From contig JAZAHK010000006.1 in NCBI GenBank assembly GCA_036231405.1, positions 30,628 to 94,627 on the forward strand: DNA of 64,000 bases. The letters run 5' to 3'. Below are positions 59,275 through 64,000 of this stretch, piece by piece. Made by a program: the position numbers and the translations under genes. Source of the DNA: Nitrospinota bacterium (lineage in GTDB: Bacteria; UBA8248). Below the pieces are notes generated by a model, which saw nothing but the letters and a program-made list of their open reading frames with translations, was not told the origin of the DNA and searched no databases. How positions within the stretch are numbered: the first letter of the stretch is position 1; each line of letters opens with the position of its first letter.

Positions 59275-60393
59275 TCATCCGTTCGTACCGCCTCCTAGAG
59301 GCGGTGCGAATTTTTCGAGCGCTTCATCACTTATTTTCAGACCCAGTCCAAGTTCTTGAGAGAGGATAATTTCCCCTTTTGAAACTTCACAGCTTTTTTC
59401 GAAGACACAATCCCACCAAGGCATATATTCGCACCAGCAATTCTCCTCTTCTAAACTCATAAGATGAGAAGAAACCTCATGAAACAAATGAGAAGTAATA
59501 GGAACAGAAAATTCTTTAGCGATTGCAGATACCTTTTTCCATCCAGTGATTCCAGAACATCGTTGTAAATCTGGCATCAAAAAATCCACACAATCATCAG
59601 AAAGAAGACGAAGCATCCCTCCAACATTATAGTTTGTCTCCCCACTACAAATTGGGATTGTACTTTTTCTCTTAACTTCACTACATAGAGAGTAGTCTTC
59701 GTGATCAACTGGTTCCTCAATCCATGTCAAATCAAAAGGTTTGAAACTTTCAATTGCTTCAAAGGCTTTTTGTTGATTCCAACCTTGATTCACATCAACC
59801 ATCAGGTTCATTTTTTTTCCTATAGTTTCACGAACAGCTGAAATTCTATCGATATCTTCCTTTAAATCCTTCTTTCCAACACGCAATTTCATTCCACCAA
59901 AACCCTTGTTTTTGAAAAACAAAGCTTCTTCTTGCAATTGTTCGATAGAATAATTCAGCCACAAACCTTCACTTGCATAACAACGGATACGATTTCTTCT
60001 CCCACCTAAAAACTTCCAAAGAGGAACTTCATGAATTTTAGCACTAATATCCCAACAAGCCGTATCTAAAGAAGAAATCGCCATCGCACTAATACCGTCA
60101 CGACCAACAAAACTCACGGATTTTCTCATGCACTCCCAATTTTCTTCTAGTTTCGTGGGGTCTTTCCCTGTAAGAATTCCTGCGAGATCCCTAACCATAG
60201 CGACCAATGCACGTGCCCTCTCTGGACCAAAAGAAAAACACCAACCCAACCCTTCGAGACCATTCGTCGTCCTAACTTTAACAAGACAAGTTTCCACTGA
60301 CTTCATATGAAAAGTTGAAACAAAAACCGGTTTGGCAAGAGGAATACTTAAGTGGATAGGGGTAACACTTAAAATTTTCGAATTAATAGACAA
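59275..60393 (-). CDS. Mandelate racemase / muconate lactonizing enzyme (enolase superfamily)
   Basis: DTACWD, KLR, MVDVNQ, WIEEP, GET, MPD and SH motifs. Confidence 0.9.
   Translation of the reverse strand: MSINSKILSVTPIHLSIPLAKPVFVSTFHMKSVETCLVKVRTTNGLEGLGWCFSFGPERARALVAMVRDLAGILTGKDPTKLEENWECMRKSVSFVGRDGISAMAISSLDTACWDISAKIHEVPLWKFLGGRRNRIRCYASEGLWLNYSIEQLQEEALFFKNKGFGGMKLRVGKKDLKEDIDRISAVRETIGKKMNLMVDVNQGWNQQKAFEAIESFKPFDLTWIEEPVDHEDYSLCSEVKRKSTIPICSGETNYNVGGMLRLLSDDCVDFLMPDLQRCSGITGWKKVSAIAKEFSVPITSHLFHEVSSHLMSLEEENCWCEYMPWWDCVFEKSCEVSKGEIILSQELGLGLKISDEALEKFAPPLGGGTNG
59282..59315 (+). terminator. Intrinsic terminator of the racemase gene, lying inside the 3' end of the convergent gene
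   Basis: 13-bp stem TTCGTACCGCCTC-cta-GAGGCGGTGCGAA (one G-U) followed by TTTTT. Confidence 0.72.
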
Positions 60394-60556
60394 AATATCC
60401 CCACGTCAAAAAATTCTATTTTCAAGCAAACTATGAACTTAACAAGTATTTTCAACAAGAGTGTTGAAAAAATTAAAAAGATTATAATTTTTTGTTTGAA
60501 AAGTAACATCATAACATTTAAGTTAGCTTTAATTTTTTTTTAATCAGGACAATTAT

Positions 60557-61339
60557 ATGTCACTCATGAGAATCCAAAAAATAATTGCACAAGCTGGGAT
60601 TGCCTCAAGACGTAGAGCAGAAGAACTTATTGTAAATGGATCCGTAACCGTAAACGGTAGAACAATCAAGACCTTAGGTTCAAAAGCCGACCCTTTAATT
60701 GATTCTATTAAAGTAAATAGAAAATTAATAACAAGACGTGAAGGTTTATTATATTTAGTGATGAACAAACCTCGTTCCGTTTTGACAACTATGAGTGAAG
60801 ATGAAAATGAAAGTCGCTTAAAAATAACTGATTTTCTTCCCAAAAATAAAGCTAGGGTATTTCCTGTCGGCAGACTAGATTTTGATGCGAAAGGTACTCT
60901 AATTTTAACAAACGACGGAGAACTTGCGAACCGGCTAATGCACCCTAAATATGAGATTCAAAGAGTTTATATGGTAAAAATAGAAGGTATCCCCAAAAAA
61001 AAAGATCTCGAAAAAATGGCAACAGGAACATGGGTTTCCCTTGAAAAAAATAAATCTGGGACGCAACTAACAAAAAGTAAAACTCAATTTTTTTTAAAAA
61101 GCCAAATAGAAATTCTTCCAAAAAAAACAAAAAAGAATTCATGGCTCCGAATCAAACTTAGAGAAGGAAAAAATCATCAAGTAAAAAGAATGTGTGAAGC
61201 AGTAGGACATCCAATAATACAATTAAATCGTTACTCATATGCAGGGGTAACTATAAAAGGTCTATTACCGGGAAAAATGAGATCTATGAAACCAGAAGAA
61301 ATTTCCAGACTCAGAAAACTTACCAACTTAGAAACTTAA
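60557..61339 (+). CDS. rluB: rRNA pseudouridine synthase, RluB/RsuA family
   Basis: S4 domain RIQKIIAQAGIASRRRAE, PVGRLD, LTNDG and EGKNHQVKRM. Confidence 0.87.
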   Translation: MSLMRIQKIIAQAGIASRRRAEELIVNGSVTVNGRTIKTLGSKADPLIDSIKVNRKLITRREGLLYLVMNKPRSVLTTMSEDENESRLKITDFLPKNKARVFPVGRLDFDAKGTLILTNDGELANRLMHPKYEIQRVYMVKIEGIPKKKDLEKMATGTWVSLEKNKSGTQLTKSKTQFFLKSQIEILPKKTKKNSWLRIKLREGKNHQVKRMCEAVGHPIIQLNRYSYAGVTIKGLLPGKMRSMKPEEISRLRKLTNLET

Positions 61340-61519
61340 GATACACCTCGAAAGAAATACACCATCTTTTTGATAAAATTTAGCTATTTTGACTAAAATA
61401 TTCATAAGAATTAGGATAAAAAGTACAGGTATTATAAAAGTTTACTTTTTTTTTTCGAATGACTATGTTTCAAAATGTATATTTTTTAAATTTCTATATG
61501 AAAACTTTGAGTTTTATTC

Positions 61520-62083
61520 ATGAATAATAATCTTACATTGGCAAATAAGATAACTCTTTTAAGATTGTTTATAGTCCCTGCATTCGCATACTGCATCTTA
61601 TATGGACTCGAGGGCTATGCTTTGATTTGCTTTTCTTCGGCAAGTATCGCGGATGGGATGGATGGATTTTTAGCCAGAAAAAGAAACGAAATTACTTCTC
61701 TTGGAAGTTTGCTAGATCCAATTGCTGATAAAATTTTAATGGTAACCTCCTTTTTATTACTCTCCTATCTCAAGTATATACCAGTCTGGCTTTCGATCTT
61801 AGTAATCGGAAGAGATTTCATACTCGTATTTGGATATATTATTCTTAGAATAATTATAAATTCAAATAAGATTAAACCGTCTTTTTTGGGAAAAACTACC
61901 ACAGTACTTCAAATGTCTACTATCATTATTGTACTTCTGATATCCTTTTTATCAGAAGTACAAAGTTTTGAGTCGTTGCAAATATTGTTTTTAGCTACAG
62001 GAATTCTAACCATTGTTTCTGGAATACATTATCTTCTATTAGTTGGTTTGCGTTTAATAAAAAACAATGTTGTGAAAATCTAA
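61520..62083 (+). CDS. CDP-alcohol phosphatidyltransferase (PgsA-like)
   Basis: ANKITLLR and DGMDGFLAR…GSLLDPIADK. Confidence 0.9.
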   Translation: MNNNLTLANKITLLRLFIVPAFAYCILYGLEGYALICFSSASIADGMDGFLARKRNEITSLGSLLDPIADKILMVTSFLLLSYLKYIPVWLSILVIGRDFILVFGYIILRIIINSNKIKPSFLGKTTTVLQMSTIIIVLLISFLSEVQSFESLQILFLATGILTIVSGIHYLLLVGLRLIKNNVVKI

Positions 62084-62122
62084 ACGAAATTTGATACAAT
62101 TTCTCTAAAAGGAAAAGAGTAT

Positions 62123-63199
62123 ATGGAGAAAAATTCTCCCTTAATGACATGGAAAAGAATGTGGCTAGTAATAATTTTCGGTTGCAGTTTATGGATCGTC
62201 TTTACTGCCCTTTCGGCCCTAACTCCGGTCATCATTTCTTTTATTTTTGCTTATGCGACCCAACCGGTTGTTGAATTCCTATATCAAAGGAAGATTCCAC
62301 GTGGATTTGGAATCTTAATAGTTTTATTTGTATTCGTAGTTTTATTGGTACTTCTTTTTATTGGTCTGATACCACAAGTAAGAACACAAATAGAATCATT
62401 TTCAAATAATATTCCCCAATATATGAAAATCTTGGAATTGTGGATCTTGAAATTACTTATAAAACTAAAAATTAGCTCTCAGGCCGAACTACAAAAAATT
62501 CTTTCTGACAATTTAAATCTGTTCGTTACAATTCCTATGAAAACCCTTCAAGCTTCAAGTAATTTCTTGCTTACTACAACTAAAGGTATCCTTTCCTTAG
62601 CAATGGGAATTGTCTATATAGGTCTAATTCCAGTAATTGTTTTTTACATCGGAAGAGACATGAAAGGTATCTCTCTCGTTTGCTTACAATACATCCATCC
62701 TGATTATCGAGAAGAAGTTGAAAAACGTTTTTTTCGTTTAGATGAATTACTCTCAGCCTTTATAAAAGGTCAACTAATTGTAGGGATCATCCTTTCTATC
62801 CTATATATGTTAGGTTTTTATTTTATGGATGTACCTCTTTGGCTTTTACTGGGGATTCTTACGGGACTTGCAAGTATGTTCCCTTATGTTGAATGGATCA
62901 TCGCTTTTCCAATAGTAGTTCTTCTAACTATACTTCAACATCAAGACTGGACGCACTTTTTTGGGGTACTATTAATTTTTGGGTTTTTATCCAGTTTAAC
63001 AGGAATGTTCTTGGTTCCAAAAATCCTCGGAGAAAGAATAGGACTACATCCAATCGTGATCTTAACTTCGATTTTGATCGGGGGAGAATTACTCGGTTTT
63101 ATAGGGATCTTGCTAGCTGTACCGATTGCAGCAACTACAAAAGTAGGATTAGAAGCTATATATGATTATTACATTACCTCAGACGAAAATTCTTCATGA
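62123..63199 (+). CDS. AI-2E family transporter (PerM-like)
   Basis: FIKGQL, PKILGERIGLHP and GFIGILLAVP. Confidence 0.9.
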   Translation: MEKNSPLMTWKRMWLVIIFGCSLWIVFTALSALTPVIISFIFAYATQPVVEFLYQRKIPRGFGILIVLFVFVVLLVLLFIGLIPQVRTQIESFSNNIPQYMKILELWILKLLIKLKISSQAELQKILSDNLNLFVTIPMKTLQASSNFLLTTTKGILSLAMGIVYIGLIPVIVFYIGRDMKGISLVCLQYIHPDYREEVEKRFFRLDELLSAFIKGQLIVGIILSILYMLGFYFMDVPLWLLLGILTGLASMFPYVEWIIAFPIVVLLTILQHQDWTHFFGVLLIFGFLSSLTGMFLVPKILGERIGLHPIVILTSILIGGELLGFIGILLAVPIAATTKVGLEAIYDYYITSDENSS

Positions 63200-63718
63200 A
63201 GGAATTTCAGTTTCCTGATCACAAGCCCTTGCCATAAGGAACAATAGATCCGAAAGACGGTTCAAATAAGTCAATAAATGAGGATTTTCTATATACCCCT
63301 CATCGCGAATTTTTACTACCCAACGCTCTCCCCTTCTTACAATAGAAAGAGCAAGATCAAGAGCAGAACCACTTGCAGATTCACCCGAAAAATACCAATC
63401 ATCTAATTTTATAATTTTTTCATATCTCTCAATCTGTGAATCAATCCAGTCTACCAATTTTTGTTCTGCTTTTTCTTTGAGCAAAGATTTTTTCCCTCGA
63501 AGAGTTGCTAGTTCCGCACTAACTAAAAAAATATCTTTTTGTATTTTTAAAATCTCAGGTTTAAGCCATTCTGGCGCATTTGACCGCGCTAAACCTAGAG
63601 CCCCTTGTGATTCATACATAGCGCCATAAGCCTCCACTTGGGGATGGTATTTTGAAACCCTATCCGCAAACCATAGATCGGTTTCTCCGTCATCTCCTCG
63701 CCTAGTAACAAGAGACAT
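63194..63718 (-). CDS. ATP:cob(I)alamin adenosyltransferase, PduO-type
   Basis: TRRGDDGETDL, VEAYG, VRRGER and YLNRLSDLLF. Confidence 0.88.
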   Translation of the reverse strand: MSLVTRRGDDGETDLWFADRVSKYHPQVEAYGAMYESQGALGLARSNAPEWLKPEILKIQKDIFLVSAELATLRGKKSLLKEKAEQKLVDWIDSQIERYEKIIKLDDWYFSGESASGSALDLALSIVRRGERWVVKIRDEGYIENPHLLTYLNRLSDLLFLMARACDQETEIPS

Positions 63719-63740
63719 AATTCAATTCCTTTCTAACACT

Positions 63741-63998
63741 TTATAATTTTTTTATAATTTCAGTGGCAACCGATTTAGTAGAACCTGTACCTCCTAAATC
63801 TGGAGTAGTATTTCCTGAAGCTAAATGTTCACGGATAGAACCATCTAAGCGAATGGAAGCTTTTTCTTCTCCAAGATATCCTAACATCATAGATGCAGAA
63901 AAAAGCGCCGCAACGGGATTAGAAATTCCTTTCCCCATAATATCTGGTGCCGAACCATGGACAGGTTCAAAAATTCCTGGAAACCTTCCATCAGGATT
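63741..63998 (-). CDS. Isocitrate/isopropylmalate/tartrate dehydrogenase family, C-terminal part (truncated by the window edge)
   Basis: The frame extends upstream of the listed ORF: NPDGRFPGIFEPVHGSAPDIMGKGISNP…TPDLGG. Confidence 0.9.
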   Translation of the reverse strand, partial: NPDGRFPGIFEPVHGSAPDIMGKGISNPVAALFSASMMLGYLGEEKASIRLDGSIREHLASGNTTPDLGGTGSTKSVATEIIKKL

Positions 63999-64000
63999 AT

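Overview
AT-rich, very compact bacterial chromosomal window with about 66 complete genes, one tRNA-Phe(GAA), and no mobile element, prophage or CRISPR array that I can see. The centre (19.8-44.1 kb, - strand) holds two respiratory complex I operons back to back. The first is a complete 14-gene nuoA-N. The second is a divergent 10-gene copy (nuoABCD-H-JKLMN) that lacks the NADH-input module nuoEFG and also nuoI. The left flank has an MshA-like glycosyltransferase, a PIG-L deacetylase, nagZ, ychF, a class III CoA-transferase beside a DUF35 (Zn-ribbon/OB-fold) protein with three tandem AT-hooks, a selA-hydrolase-selB-PLP lyase operon, and Cu/heme cofactor genes (cupredoxin-like, ChdC/HemQ, SCO). 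The right flank is catabolic: an amidohydrolase+NifU-like+MFS unit, a cobalt nitrile/thiocyanate-hydratase-like pair with no beta N-terminal subunit, two tandem ACMSD-like paralogs, a CoA-transferase-fold pair apparently lacking its catalytic Glu, and a racemase-fold protein with only one catalytic Cys. Housekeeping genes follow (scpA, scpB, rluB-like, pgsA-like, pduO-type). About a quarter of the genes appear to start with TTG. All calls come from motif recognition by eye and no database searches were run.
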